A stretch of 63,656 nucleotides of DNA, the filler included, from Barthelona sp. PAP020 (lineage: Eukaryota), in assembly GCA_040182905.1 (NCBI GenBank). It is 8 parts of 8 records of this genome, joined end to end, with 100 filler letters (N's around TTAATTAATTAA, not from the genome) between each part and the next. Parts side by side here need not be neighbours in the genome. Positions count along the whole stretch, not along the records: positions 1 to 7,925 come from JARQWU010000470.1; positions 8,026 to 15,940 come from JARQWU010000471.1; 6 more parts are not named here. The stretch is one strand, 5' to 3'. Below the pieces are notes generated by a model. The model did not search any database. It was not told the DNA's origin and saw only the letters and a program-made list of their open reading frames with translations. The position numbers were made by a program, and so were the translations under genes. Shown in pieces: positions 1-11,514 of the stretch. The first letter of the stretch is position 1, and every line of letters starts with the position of its first letter.

Positions 1-160
1 GTTAGCCAGTGAAATTAGATTCTTCTTTGTCTTAAGCTCAACTAGTTGTTTTATTATTTGATAAATTCTGAAATACGAGAAATTTTGCTTGATTCAAATT
101 CTAGCGCATTTCTCCACGCTTTTCTTTTTCCCTCCTTGTGAAATGCCCGCTACGCTTCAC

Positions 161-513
161 AAATGCTTGTAAAGATCCATACTTTTTTCGATTAGAGTTT
201 GGGGGTACTTGCAACTGAGTATTTTTGCATGGATAGTTCAGAACACTTTTAAATAAAAAACTTTAAATGTGGATGGGAGCGATCATCTAAATAAAAGTTT
301 AATAATCTTTTTCCTTCTTACCAATAAATTTTGATTGTTCCTTTATGGGTTTCCTTGATGAAATCTTGTAATTCTCTCCTAACCTACTATGTACACTTGT
401 ATCCTTCTTATCACAAATCATTTGATTCTTTGCGTCATTTTTACTTTCAATTTTGAAATTCAATAATTTCAGAAATTACAATAAGAATCCTTAAACACAC
501 TTGAATTGTCTTT
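161..513. repeat. Dispersed degenerate repeat, copy 1 (copy 2 at ~48084-48445)
   Basis: 192-219 TTAGAGTTTGGGGGTACTTGCAACTGAG is identical to 48115-48142. Patchy similarity extends on both sides. Confidence 0.8.
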
Positions 514-1094
514 CGTGTAAAATCGGTACCCTTTGCAAATGGGCCGCCAGTTCAGATGGGGCTCGTGTTTAAAGAAAAGCATTATGTTTTCTCCTTCCCT
601 TTAACTTACTTTCAATGTCTCCAAACATGTAATCTTTGTGAAATTCTGAAATTCTTTACTCCGTTTTTGCTTACTTCTCTTTTCCAACTCACTGGGCTTA
701 CAATTTGTTATTGTTACTTTAACTTTTCAATTTTGATTCCCACTTTTTTAGAGATTACAAGAAAAAAGCATAACAACATTTATATTCTCTTTTGCATGTA
801 ATTTATTCCAAATGCCACCAAATTTCAGTTATTCAAAATTTTAAACTGAAAATACTTTGAAAACATAATTCAGATTTCTACAAATAAACAATAAAAAACA
901 ACGGATCATTGTTCGTGTATCAATTTACCAAGTCTCAAAACATAATTTGTAAAATAAAAAATGAAAATTTGATAAATATGTGATTAATGAAAAAAAAAAA
1001 GGCAATATTTTATTGCAATCATCATTCTTTGAGTTTAATCATAGAAAACAAACAAAAAAAAAAGGAACACATTTCACTTTATTTTATCAAAAAA

Positions 1095-4000
1095 ATGGCA
1101 CCTATTGGAAAAAGAGAACTTTTTCAATGGGCGACTGAAAAATGTAATATTCAATTGCAAAATTTAGAAGATTTTACTGATGGAGGTGCATATTTTTCAT
1201 TATTTTTGGCAATTTTTCCAAATATCAAAACATTATTACCAAAATTACCTTCTCCTAACGTTAAATGTGGACCTTATTACAATGAAAATTGGAATAGTGT
1301 GCGTCAAATTATCAATTCATTAGGAATTCCAGATAAATTGTTAAATTTGGACGCCTTAAAAAAACCTCGATTTCAATCACATTACTCTTTTCTTGTTTTA
1401 TTGTTTTTTTTGGATAATTTAGCGAGAAATCCTGAATTTTCTGTTGATTTTGCACATCCTGTCTCATCATTGGTCGCTGAATTTCTTCAATCCTATGAAT
1501 CCGTTTATGTGTTGGATAAAGGTGGTGCTGCACATTTTGATAGTTTTTTAGAGGAGCCTTTATCAACTGAAAATTATATTCCCAGACCTTTATCTGAAGC
1601 TTCACCTTCAAAACCATTGTACCATCAAACAGAACAAAAAAATGAGACTCAAACGTCTGTGATCAAAGAAGATGTGAAAGATTCATTGAATGAAGATAGA
1701 CATTTTGAAATTACACCAGAACCACACACTTCATTACCTCCGGTTATGGTTCAAGAAAAACAAGCTGTTCCTTTATCATTTCAATCCCCTTCACCTTCAA
1801 AAGAACGAGTCATGATGGAAACAAGTGTTGGTAGTGCCATTGTAGGTGATCGAGTATTTGATACTCCTTTGGAATTCAACAAAATAAAGAATAGAATTAA
1901 ATCTCTTGAAGAATTACCTTTTGACAAAGATTTAGCAAAAACCTTTTCAAAGATAGAGGAAGTGACGGTTGAATCCACTGTTAGAGACAAATTACCAATA
2001 TTCAAGCTATCAGAACAATTATTGGAAAGCACACCCAAATTGCCCCAAAGAAATGATGAAAAAGAAATATATATGTCTGAATGTGCACGTGAGATTGCTG
2101 AACTAAGAGAAAATCAAATGAAATTGCAGATTGAAAGGTTAAAAGCTCAGAACTCTCTATTGCAAAAGAAGAGTGAATTAGAAGTCAGTTACGAGAAGTC
2201 AAGATTAGTTGGGCTTTGTGAAGAAGTAAAAGTTTACAAGAGTATTGATTCCCTCAAGCAGAAATTGAATTACGAGTATAATTTACTTGAAACAAAGGGA
2301 GATTTTGCTGAAATGCTTAATCAGTTAAAATTAGGTCTTATTGGTGAGACAGCACATAATAGTATGAATCTTAATTCTGATGCAAACCTAGAGAAGTTAT
2401 TGAAAGTGATGAAAACACAGGAAATGGTCAAAGATTCCAAAATTGAACAATTGACGGAGAAAATAATTCCTTTGAATGAAAAAATTGAAAAACTTGAAGC
2501 TCAATTGAATATTGTCTTAACAACCCATATGTCTACCTTGACAAACATTGAAAATGACTTAGGCACATTAGATTTGACCCAGTTTAATATTGAGAATATT
2601 GAGAATGTAGATCATCATATAAACATTAATGATTGGAAGGATGACACTGCCATGCTTAAGACCAGTTATTCCAGTGAATTGATTAATTTTTCTAACGATG
2701 ATATAAGTGAGCAATTCAATGAATTGTTCAAAGTCTTAAAAGTTGAAAAAATTGATGAAAAGTTCATCAAATTGTTTGAGTTATTTTACATCATTTTAAA
2801 GCTTAAAAATCAACAGATTGAAGGACTACAGAAATTTTATGATGGAGAACTTGACATAAAACAATTATTCAAAGAGAAATTGATTGATGCTGATCCTGAA
2901 ACGAATATTGAAAGTTTTGAGGAACTTTTGGAAATTATTTTGGATACAGATAAAAAATTGAGAGATGTTGAGTATTTGCATGAAGAAAATGCGGCGTTGT
3001 TAACACATATTGACAGATTAACAAATCGTGATAGTCTATTATTAACATTGAGAGAGAATAATCTTGATACGGAGTGTCGATATAAAAATATTTTGGATGG
3101 AACGTTAACTATTGGGCTTAAATTAGATAAAGAAGGACATGAAATCTTAAAGGAATTGAATCATTTCCATGATTTAACCTTTTTGGAAAATGCTAAGTTG
3201 CAAGCTGAAAATGAAACTTTGCTTGCGTCTGTTGATGAATTAAGACAAGAATTAATTGATCTACAAACAAAACAACAAGCACATAATAATGATATTGATG
3301 AAACAATTAAAGTAAGCTTGAATGAGTTGAAAATTGACAATTTAAAGAAATTGTCTTATCTGCAAATTCAATTAGATATGATTAACGCAACAAATAACGA
3401 TAAAGATGAAGAGATCATTGAGTTAAAAACTGAAATTGATACATACAAAAATTTATTGGAAACTGTAGACAGTGAAAGAGTCAAATCCTTGCAATTGCGA
3501 TTGAATCGTGAACGTCAAAATACAACAAAATTAAAAATTCAGCAGAATCTCTGGTCACAAGTTGTGGCCACTCAACAACAATGCATTCAACAATTTAAAA
3601 CCAATAGTTCTTTTGCTAAATCTGATCGATTAATTAGTTTAGAGACTGAATGTAGTGCCTTGATTGATGAAATCAATAGTTTATCTTCCAAAAAAGTGGA
3701 GCCTTTCAATGAACCTGAAGATGATCGCATTATTAAATTGCAGAACCAATTAGATCATGTTAACAATAACAATAAACAATTAAAAAAGAAATGTGAAAGT
3801 TTGAAAAGTGTTATTGACAATAAGAAATTAGATTTACAAAGACATCAATTGGAAAATGTTGAATTAAGCAAAAAAATTCAATTGCTAAAGGAATCAATGG
3901 CTGATATTGTGAATCAAAACAACAATTTACATCAAGAAAAAAACATGGAAGTTAATGAGTTAGAAAGAACAATTTCGGATCTAACTAGCAAAATTAATGG

Positions 4001-4586
4001 TTTAAATTCCATGCAATCTTTAGTTGAAGTCATGGAGAAACAAGTTAACGTCTATTTAGATAATGACAGTAATCAAGACCTTCAAGTTAATTCTCATCCC
4101 TCTTTTATTCACCAAAATTCTACAAGAAACAAAAGTCGTTTAAATTCAACAAGTTTTCAAAATGAAAATATCGAACTAGAGGTGTCAGCTTTAGATGAGA
4201 CCGTTGAATCACCAATGCCTTTCGAAGAAACTTTTGGCACTTTAAACACAACTTTAGATTCTTCTGTGAATCAATCAGATTCAGATAATTTGTATTTTAC
4301 TAAAACTGCTGCTAATATTCTGGAAGAAGATGAAGATGATGTCAAAGATGAATTTGAAGATGAAGAAGATGAAGAAAGAAAGGAAATGTTAGTTATGGAT
4401 GAAACTTTTGATGAAACTTTTGACGACGAAACTTTTGAGACAACTTTGGATGATACATTGGATAACACCCTTCAAAGACCTATAAAAGACCAAAATAAAA
4501 ATGTGTATTCTCAAGATGATAATATGTCTAAATTGGCAAGTTTAGTTGGTAGATTATCAAAAGTTAGGGAAGATAGTAACAAATAA
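1095..4586 (+). CDS. N-terminal calponin-homology (EB1/Hook-like) domain plus long coiled-coil protein
   Basis: MAPIGKRELFQWA...LEDFTDGGAYFSLFLAIFP...ENWNSV resembles an EB1-type CH domain, followed by ~700 aa of heptad-rich sequence and an acidic tail. ATG 1095 after an A-tract is preferred to 987. Confidence 0.75.
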   Translation: MAPIGKRELFQWATEKCNIQLQNLEDFTDGGAYFSLFLAIFPNIKTLLPKLPSPNVKCGPYYNENWNSVRQIINSLGIPDKLLNLDALKKPRFQSHYSFLVLLFFLDNLARNPEFSVDFAHPVSSLVAEFLQSYESVYVLDKGGAAHFDSFLEEPLSTENYIPRPLSEASPSKPLYHQTEQKNETQTSVIKEDVKDSLNEDRHFEITPEPHTSLPPVMVQEKQAVPLSFQSPSPSKERVMMETSVGSAIVGDRVFDTPLEFNKIKNRIKSLEELPFDKDLAKTFSKIEEVTVESTVRDKLPIFKLSEQLLESTPKLPQRNDEKEIYMSECAREIAELRENQMKLQIERLKAQNSLLQKKSELEVSYEKSRLVGLCEEVKVYKSIDSLKQKLNYEYNLLETKGDFAEMLNQLKLGLIGETAHNSMNLNSDANLEKLLKVMKTQEMVKDSKIEQLTEKIIPLNEKIEKLEAQLNIVLTTHMSTLTNIENDLGTLDLTQFNIENIENVDHHININDWKDDTAMLKTSYSSELINFSNDDISEQFNELFKVLKVEKIDEKFIKLFELFYIILKLKNQQIEGLQKFYDGELDIKQLFKEKLIDADPETNIESFEELLEIILDTDKKLRDVEYLHEENAALLTHIDRLTNRDSLLLTLRENNLDTECRYKNILDGTLTIGLKLDKEGHEILKELNHFHDLTFLENAKLQAENETLLASVDELRQELIDLQTKQQAHNNDIDETIKVSLNELKIDNLKKLSYLQIQLDMINATNNDKDEEIIELKTEIDTYKNLLETVDSERVKSLQLRLNRERQNTTKLKIQQNLWSQVVATQQQCIQQFKTNSSFAKSDRLISLETECSALIDEINSLSSKKVEPFNEPEDDRIIKLQNQLDHVNNNNKQLKKKCESLKSVIDNKKLDLQRHQLENVELSKKIQLLKESMADIVNQNNNLHQEKNMEVNELERTISDLTSKINGLNSMQSLVEVMEKQVNVYLDNDSNQDLQVNSHPSFIHQNSTRNKSRLNSTSFQNENIELEVSALDETVESPMPFEETFGTLNTTLDSSVNQSDSDNLYFTKTAANILEEDEDDVKDEFEDEEDEERKEMLVMDETFDETFDDETFETTLDDTLDNTLQRPIKDQNKNVYSQDDNMSKLASLVGRLSKVREDSNK

Positions 4587-4812
4587 CAAAATTTTGTATA
4601 TTTTTCTGATTCATTTGTTCAGATAAAAGATTCCATTGTATCAACAAATAAATGAGTTTTTTCTTATTTTTCTAGACAAAATATAAAATAATCGATGTTT
4701 CATGTCGCTTTGATTACGTTTTGAATATTTTCTGGGAGTCAAACATCAAATTAAAGTGCTAGGAGAAATCAATTCTGTAGAGTCATTCTTTTTTTTTTGG
4801 TTTGTTTTTTTA

Positions 4813-6444
4813 ATGAAATGGATTCCTTTACACTTTGATATTGTCAAACATCAAAGCATCGAAGAAATATTAAAAATCCCTGCTGGGAGATGGAAAACGG
4901 GATTTTTACAATTTACTGATGAGGAAAATAATGTTACTTTTCCCTATTTAACTACATTAGTTGGTATTTTAGCTCAATATAGAACATTTGAAGAAATGTG
5001 TGAAATATTATCAATTGTTCAAAAAGAGTATTCTGAGTCTTTCGATTTACATTGTGTTTCTTTATTTTCTTTTGGTACATATGACATGATTAAATATGTT
5101 ATTGACAAATATTATGATGGATTATTGCCAATAAGAGGTTTTCAAAAAGCTTGTTTAACGAATAGTGAACACATTGTTCTTAAATTACTGGAATATAATC
5201 CTGAATTTGATGTAATTGCTTTTAGGAATGCTTTACAGGGTCAAACTAATGCAAAAATTATTAATTTCTTTTTATTGCATCCTAATAGTTGTTTTGACAA
5301 ACAAGCTTTTAGAAATGCGTGTAAATATCAGTCAAATGATGTTGTACAGTGGTTTGTTGAACGAGGGGCTATACCTGACAGATTATCTTTTGAGTGCGCT
5401 TGTTTGACACAACCAATTTCTTTTCTATCTTTTTTTAAAGATGTTCAACAACCTACAAATATGACGTTTAATGTGTGTATTGAAAGAAATGCTGTAAATA
5501 TTGTGAAAGAATTACTTTTAAAAGATTTTAGGCCTACTTTGCAGCATTTTCATAATTGTGAGATGGATATGTTTTTTGAGTTGAGTAAGTCTAACCCTTA
5601 CTTTGGATTTCAGTGTTTCTTAATTGAGTACAATGAATCTACTGATAGAATTGTATTGGAAAAAAGGCTTACACAACTTTTATTGTGTGGATTGTTGAAA
5701 TGGTGCAAAGAAAATGAATATGCAAAGTTAGATGAGGAAGAAACCGCCAAAATCTCTGGGATTTTCAAATTATTTTGGAGTATCATCACTGATTTTCCTA
5801 GCTCTGGGTCTAAGGTGAAGTTGAATGTCATTGAAGATTTAGAAGGAAATAATATTGGTCATTATTTGGCAATGTATACATACCCCAATTTTGAATGGGG
5901 GTTAAAACCAGATTTTAACGATTTATTGGGTATCTTAGGCATTAGTAGAACAAGCAAAAATAAAAAGAAACAAACACCCTTTCATTTGGCAATTACCTTC
6001 AAGAATTTCGATCTCTTGAATAATTTGTACGATAAACATTTGATTACTATTGTTGATGAAGATGGAAACAGCATATTGCATCTGTTATCTGGTATCATAC
6101 ATCGTAAGCAGATATATTTCATTGAAAAGTGTTTGGGTGTCTGTGGCAATAAATTGGTAGATGTGATTAATAAAAAAAATAATGTTGGTGAATGTTCCAT
6201 GCATTTTGCTGCAAAGAACAACAGAATTGAAGCTTTATTGTTGTTGTTTCAGTGTGGAGGTAAATATTTAGCAACTAATGATAAAGGTCAAACGGTTTTT
6301 GATCTTTTATCGGATCAACATAAAGAGCAAATTTGGAAAGCTTTAAAATTACGAACTAGTGTTGAATTGAAAGCTAATTTAACAGACAGTGATGATGAGG
6401 ACTATCGAATCCCTGAACATCTGTTTGGTGATTGGGATTATTAG
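4813..6444 (+). CDS. Ankyrin-repeat protein
   Basis: C-terminal ankyrin motifs (QTPFHLA, GNSILHLL, GECSMHFAAKNNRIE, GQTVFDL) and degenerate short ankyrin-like repeats near the N-terminus. First ATG is at 4813. Confidence 0.8.
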   Translation: MKWIPLHFDIVKHQSIEEILKIPAGRWKTGFLQFTDEENNVTFPYLTTLVGILAQYRTFEEMCEILSIVQKEYSESFDLHCVSLFSFGTYDMIKYVIDKYYDGLLPIRGFQKACLTNSEHIVLKLLEYNPEFDVIAFRNALQGQTNAKIINFFLLHPNSCFDKQAFRNACKYQSNDVVQWFVERGAIPDRLSFECACLTQPISFLSFFKDVQQPTNMTFNVCIERNAVNIVKELLLKDFRPTLQHFHNCEMDMFFELSKSNPYFGFQCFLIEYNESTDRIVLEKRLTQLLLCGLLKWCKENEYAKLDEEETAKISGIFKLFWSIITDFPSSGSKVKLNVIEDLEGNNIGHYLAMYTYPNFEWGLKPDFNDLLGILGISRTSKNKKKQTPFHLAITFKNFDLLNNLYDKHLITIVDEDGNSILHLLSGIIHRKQIYFIEKCLGVCGNKLVDVINKKNNVGECSMHFAAKNNRIEALLLLFQCGGKYLATNDKGQTVFDLLSDQHKEQIWKALKLRTSVELKANLTDSDDEDYRIPEHLFGDWDY

Positions 6445-6757
6445 ACACATATCATGTTATCAAGTTTTATCAATATGCCTGAACTAGCATTTAATTTGTA
6501 AATAATTTTTTTAAAAAAAATTTCTTTTTTTGAAAGAAAGCCAACCATTCGGAAACCGTACAATTGCACACTTAAATAACCTCATGTTGACTGCAATTAG
6601 AGAAAAAAAAATTCCAATGTTTAACCATTTCCCAATGCTCTTTGTTCTTTGCTATCCCAAACAAATAGCTTTCGTTGTTTGTCTCACAATGCTAATCTGT
6701 TCAAAATCCTGATTACATCGTAACAAAAACAAGAAAATAAAAAAATTTACACAACAG

Positions 6758-7726
6758 CTAAGTGTCCAAATGCAATGGTTCCATTTGAATTTGTGAAGGG
6801 GATTGGCTTGACAACAACGAATTTGGAGACATTTCATTTTGGAAAAACAAAACGTTGTTGTAAGGATAAGAATAAAGATTTGCTTGAGGTTTTCGCTGTG
6901 ATTGGGATAGTTCAGATTGTTGTTGAATTTGAGAAGATCGAAAATTATCCAATGGTTGTTGTGGTAGGTCAGATATCAAAGGAGGTCTCTGCAAAAAGGG
7001 TTGGGAAGAAACAGTAGGTGGCATGTGCTGTGTTGGAGACGTTAGATTATTAAATAGGTGAGCATACATGCGCCTTTTTTCTTCAAGATGAGAACCAAAT
7101 AAATTCACATAATGGTGCAAACTTTGAATATCTGCTGGAAACAAAACAACAGAATCATCTTCATGAACAATCTTCCGATTGAGAATCTCCAATTGAAGTG
7201 CTTGTTCATCAAAAGTTTCAGAATTGAAGCTTGATTGCTTATCAAAACCGTCAAAACATTCTATTTCATCACCTTTGTGCTTTTCAAACTCTAATAAGCC
7301 TATTTTAGCTTCATTTCCCTTCATATGCGTATTCTTTAGCATTGTATTTGATTTCTTTCTCAAACGATCCAATTGTCGATTGACAGAAGCCCTTGTATTT
7401 GGATATCTTGCAGAAGGAACTTTTTCCCTCAAAGCTGCATGAACCCATCTCTTTTTTGAAATTGAATTTTTTTGAACCAATGCAAATTCACATAAATTTT
7501 CAATCGATTTTTCAGCTTTTTCATTTAAATGTGTTATCTTCTCAATCCAATCTAATGGTAAAGAAGAATGATTCAGTAAATATTCATCAAGAGTCTCAAT
7601 CAAAGCAGATAAAACTTTGGAAACAGATAAATCTTTTGATGAAACCAATAATTTCATCAGAAGATGAGATCCTTCCGCAACAAAATGTAATTCATCAAGA
7701 ATAAATGCAACGTTTTCATCATTCAT
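6758..7726 (-). CDS. Hypothetical protein (helical N-terminus, Q/S/P-rich C-terminus)
   Basis: 322-aa ATG-initiated ORF in gene-dense context; no recognised motif. Confidence 0.7.
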   Translation of the reverse strand: MNDENVAFILDELHFVAEGSHLLMKLLVSSKDLSVSKVLSALIETLDEYLLNHSSLPLDWIEKITHLNEKAEKSIENLCEFALVQKNSISKKRWVHAALREKVPSARYPNTRASVNRQLDRLRKKSNTMLKNTHMKGNEAKIGLLEFEKHKGDEIECFDGFDKQSSFNSETFDEQALQLEILNRKIVHEDDSVVLFPADIQSLHHYVNLFGSHLEEKRRMYAHLFNNLTSPTQHMPPTVSSQPFLQRPPLISDLPQQPLDNFRSSQIQQQSELSQSQRKPQANLYSYPYNNVLFFQNEMSPNSLLSSQSPSQIQMEPLHLDT

Positions 7727-7760
7727 AATTTAAATACATTAAAAAAAAAATCTTACACAC

Positions 7761-7925
7761 TTACAAATATTTATTCAATACTGAATTAACTCTATCTACT
7801 CTGTTAATCTCTTGATTTAAATATATCTTGGACAGAACTGATTCTTTGGAATTTGCGATGATGTCTTGATCAATGACGGGAACTTCATCAAACTTCCACT
7901 CGGGGAAAATGTCCCCCTGTTCTGT
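7761..7925 (-). CDS. 3' end of a gene cut by the contig edge (hypothetical)
   Basis: Open frame TEQGDIFPEWKFDEVPVIDQD...VLNKYL* from the contig end to TAA at 7761-7763. Confidence 0.6.
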   Translation of the reverse strand, partial: TEQGDIFPEWKFDEVPVIDQDIIANSKESVLSKIYLNQEINRVDRVNSVLNKYL

Positions 7926-8025
7926 NNNNNNNNNNNNNNNNNNNNNNNNNNNNNNNNNNNNNNNNNNNNTTAATTAATTAANNNNNNNNNNNNNNNNNNN
8001 NNNNNNNNNNNNNNNNNNNNNNNNN
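7926..8025. other. Artificial contig linker
   Basis: 44 N + TTAATTAATTAA (stops in all six frames) + 44 N. Confidence 0.98.
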
Positions 8026-8026
8026 T

Positions 8027-8110
8027 TTAGAAATGTTGGTTGTATATGATGGTGTTGAAGATGCTTATTCTGTTGATGGTTTCACAGCTAGTTTATTTGA
8101 AACAGAATAA
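8027..8110 (+). CDS. 3' end of a truncated gene (hypothetical)
   Basis: Open frame LEMLVVYDGVEDAYSVDGFTASLFETE* at the contig start. Confidence 0.5.
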   Translation, partial: LEMLVVYDGVEDAYSVDGFTASLFETE

Positions 8111-8416
8111 TAAAATGTGTTTGGGTTTTTTTTTTTTAGTTTGTACCTAGAATTGTTGATTTCAGTTCCACTTTGAACTCATTTATGTGAAAAAATAAAA
8201 TTGAAATGAAATGAACAAAATTCGTGAAAGCGAAATGTGAAAAGATAATTCTTTTATGAGACAAATTGAGATGATCAATTTTGTTTTAACAAAACCTTAT
8301 TGTCATATAATTCAAATAATAACTTAAATATAAATTTAGTAATGTGACAAAATAAAGACTTTTCAATTCATTTGTCTTAATATTGAAAAACTTTTTTTTT
8401 TTTACAATCCTTTTTT

Positions 8417-9051
<635 letters not shown>

Positions 9052-9118
9052 TTGATTGTAATTAAAATTTTATAATAAAAAAAACTTGATTTTATTCTTG
9101 CTGTGTTTATTTATCAAA

Positions 9119-9751
9119 TTAGAGAATTTTTTTACGATGAAAGTATTTGTGTAAATAGAATGTTTGTAAGATAACAGAAGAGATCATAACAATGATTTCC
9201 AAAAATGTAAAGAAAAGAACTCTTGAATTGGTTTGTTCAGAAGTGTCTCTCCAATGCCATTCCCTTCTTTTAAGATAAAGAAAATCTGCTTTGATATTTT
9301 GAGTCATAGCCAATGTCTTTCTCACACTGATGTCCATTTCAGTCAATTCTTCTACTTTGGCAAGTTTATCAAAATCAATAGCATCAACACCAATCAAAAT
9401 ATCTGAAAAAACTTTAAGTTTTCTTGAAGATTTAACCCAATATGAAGATTCTCCTTCAAAACATATGGTGTATTCTCCTCCTCTTGCAGTTGTAAAAGCA
9501 ATTCTACCCTCAGGTAAAATTTCAGTGTTGGAAAGATATCTGCCCAAAGGATCAGTAACAGAAATCTTGCCCTTGAGAGATGGAACACCTGCAGAAAGAT
9601 CAACATCTTGAGTCTTGTACATAACAGCTACTTGAACATCAGCAGCAGTTTCTTCAACAAAACAAAGTTTTTGGCCTTCACTAAGAATAAAATATGAAGC
9701 ATTTGTCAATGAAAGAATGAAAATAATAGAAAACACAAATTTGAAAATCAT
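9119..9751 (-). CDS. p24/TMED family cargo receptor (GOLD domain)
   Basis: Signal peptide MIFKFVFSIIFILSLTNA, CFVEE and GEYTICF GOLD cysteines, RDTSEQTNSRV, TM helix, KKIL tail. Confidence 0.93.
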   Translation of the reverse strand: MIFKFVFSIIFILSLTNASYFILSEGQKLCFVEETAADVQVAVMYKTQDVDLSAGVPSLKGKISVTDPLGRYLSNTEILPEGRIAFTTARGGEYTICFEGESSYWVKSSRKLKVFSDILIGVDAIDFDKLAKVEELTEMDISVRKTLAMTQNIKADFLYLKRREWHWRDTSEQTNSRVLFFTFLEIIVMISSVILQTFYLHKYFHRKKIL

Positions 9752-9817
9752 TCTTTTGATTGAAAAAAAAAAAAACAAATTGAAAGAACAAAAACCAAAA
9801 TATTTTTAAATACCTCA

Positions 9818-11431
9818 ATGAATTCAACTGAATTAGGAGTAATTGATCACCAAATGGTTGCTGAAGCAGTAGCCATACAAGATAGAAGAAATAATGCAAC
9901 TGAATACACTGAACCACTAAAGTGTACTGACTTGGATTTATCATTTAAAAATGTGTTTAAAATTCAAAATTTAGATCCTTATATTCATTTAAAGAAATTG
10001 AAATTGGATAATAATGGTATTGAAAAAATTGAAGGTTTGGAAACGTTAAAAAGTCTTGAATGGTTAGATTTAAGTTTTAATAAGATTAAGAGTATTGAAA
10101 ATTTAGAAAGCTTAACCAATTTAAAAACTTTAACTTTCTTTCAAAATAAAATTCAAAAAATTGAAGGATTAGATTCTTTAAAGAATCTGGAATTATTAAA
10201 TATTGGAAACAATTTGATAAATGATAAAAATGAATTTTTGAATCTACGTTCTTTTACTCATTTGAGATTATTGATAGCAAAAGGGAATCCTGTTGAATCA
10301 GATGAACAATATAAGTCATTTTGTTTGGCATTTTTACCACATTTAAGATATTTAGATTATGTTGCTGTTGCAACAAAGGAAATGGAGAATTCTAGAAGTC
10401 AATTTATTTCTGAATTGGATACTTTACAACAACAAGAAGCAGAAGAAAATGTTATTATGGAGGAAGAAGCAAGATTAGCTGAAGAAAGAGAATTTGATGA
10501 AGAGCGTAATATTCTAGGGTTTAGAGAAGGACAACTGTTCCAATATTTATTAGCTGAAGATGAAGCTATCAATACTTTGGCATGTTTGAAGGTTGTTCAA
10601 CAATTGATTTTTGAATTGAAGACATATTTGGATAATGCTTCTGCGCAGTTCAGCGACATAATGCTGAAACAATTTGAACTCAAGCAGACTGAGAAAAATC
10701 AGTATGAAAAAACAATAAATAGATTAAAAACGATGGCTATGGAAGATAGTCAAGCAGCTTTGGCCTTTTATGAGAAAATCAAACAAAAATTAGAGGAGAC
10801 AAAGTTTGTTGAAGGTCCAAATGCGTCAGGATTGTCTTCTTTAAATACTCAGCTCATTGAAGCAAATCAAACCATGACTAAGAAATTGATTAGCACCGAA
10901 ATGACGTTACATGAGAACATATTACAGTTATCATCTGTATTTGAGCAAAATTATGAAAGTATTGTAAAGAATTCGAAGAATAACATCATTATATTAATTT
11001 CTGAATTAACTAATCATTTCAAAGACGTTTCCAAAACATTGTTACAATTGTGCTTGCAAGAAAATGACAGGTTTACAGAATTCCTCAGCAATTTTGATAG
11101 CGATACTAAAATTGATATGGAAGAAACCTTGATGATCTTTTTGGACAGTACTGCTGATGTTTTACAGAATTCTGACAATAAGAAGGATATTGTTGATTCT
11201 TTAAATATCTGGTTAACCGACAGAAATCAATTGCAGAACGCTTTGGCAGTATCTCATGATTATAGAGACACTAAATTGGATGAAAAGGAAAAACAATTGT
11301 TAAAAGCTGAAGAAACCAATTTTAGTAATTTAATCTGCTCAATTACAGAAAAGGAACATGACCGAAACAGACAAAGAGTAAAAGAAATATATGAAATTTT
11401 TACACTATATGGAGAAGTTGATCAATACTGA
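9818..11431 (+). CDS. DRC3: Dynein regulatory complex subunit 3 (LRRC48)
   Basis: SDS22-type LRRs (LKLDNNGIEKIEGL, LEWLDLSFNKI), LRRcap FLPHLRYLDY, coiled coil, terminal EHDRNRQRVKEI motif. Confidence 0.88.
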   Translation: MNSTELGVIDHQMVAEAVAIQDRRNNATEYTEPLKCTDLDLSFKNVFKIQNLDPYIHLKKLKLDNNGIEKIEGLETLKSLEWLDLSFNKIKSIENLESLTNLKTLTFFQNKIQKIEGLDSLKNLELLNIGNNLINDKNEFLNLRSFTHLRLLIAKGNPVESDEQYKSFCLAFLPHLRYLDYVAVATKEMENSRSQFISELDTLQQQEAEENVIMEEEARLAEEREFDEERNILGFREGQLFQYLLAEDEAINTLACLKVVQQLIFELKTYLDNASAQFSDIMLKQFELKQTEKNQYEKTINRLKTMAMEDSQAALAFYEKIKQKLEETKFVEGPNASGLSSLNTQLIEANQTMTKKLISTEMTLHENILQLSSVFEQNYESIVKNSKNNIIILISELTNHFKDVSKTLLQLCLQENDRFTEFLSNFDSDTKIDMEETLMIFLDSTADVLQNSDNKKDIVDSLNIWLTDRNQLQNALAVSHDYRDTKLDEKEKQLLKAEETNFSNLICSITEKEHDRNRQRVKEIYEIFTLYGEVDQY

Positions 11432-11514
11432 CTTTGGGCTTTCAAAAAAAAAAGTTGCAATTTGTCAGTGTAAATGTATAATAAATTGGATTGTGATGGA
11501 AAATTTTTTTTTCT

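Noticed and set aside
7727..7764. GTAAGT donor overlapping a stop that could join two minus-strand ORFs
   Set aside because: No CTRAY branch motif or AG acceptor, and the downstream ORF has its own ATG.
7926..8025. Recurring TTAATTAATTAA palindrome about every 7.9 kb
   Set aside because: It is embedded in fixed N runs and contig lengths decrease monotonically (7925 to 7834). It is an artificial six-frame-stop linker.
8213..8235. AAATTCGTGAAAGCG resembling the U6 snRNA 3' region
   Set aside because: No ACAGAGA box, AGC triad or internal stem-loop upstream.
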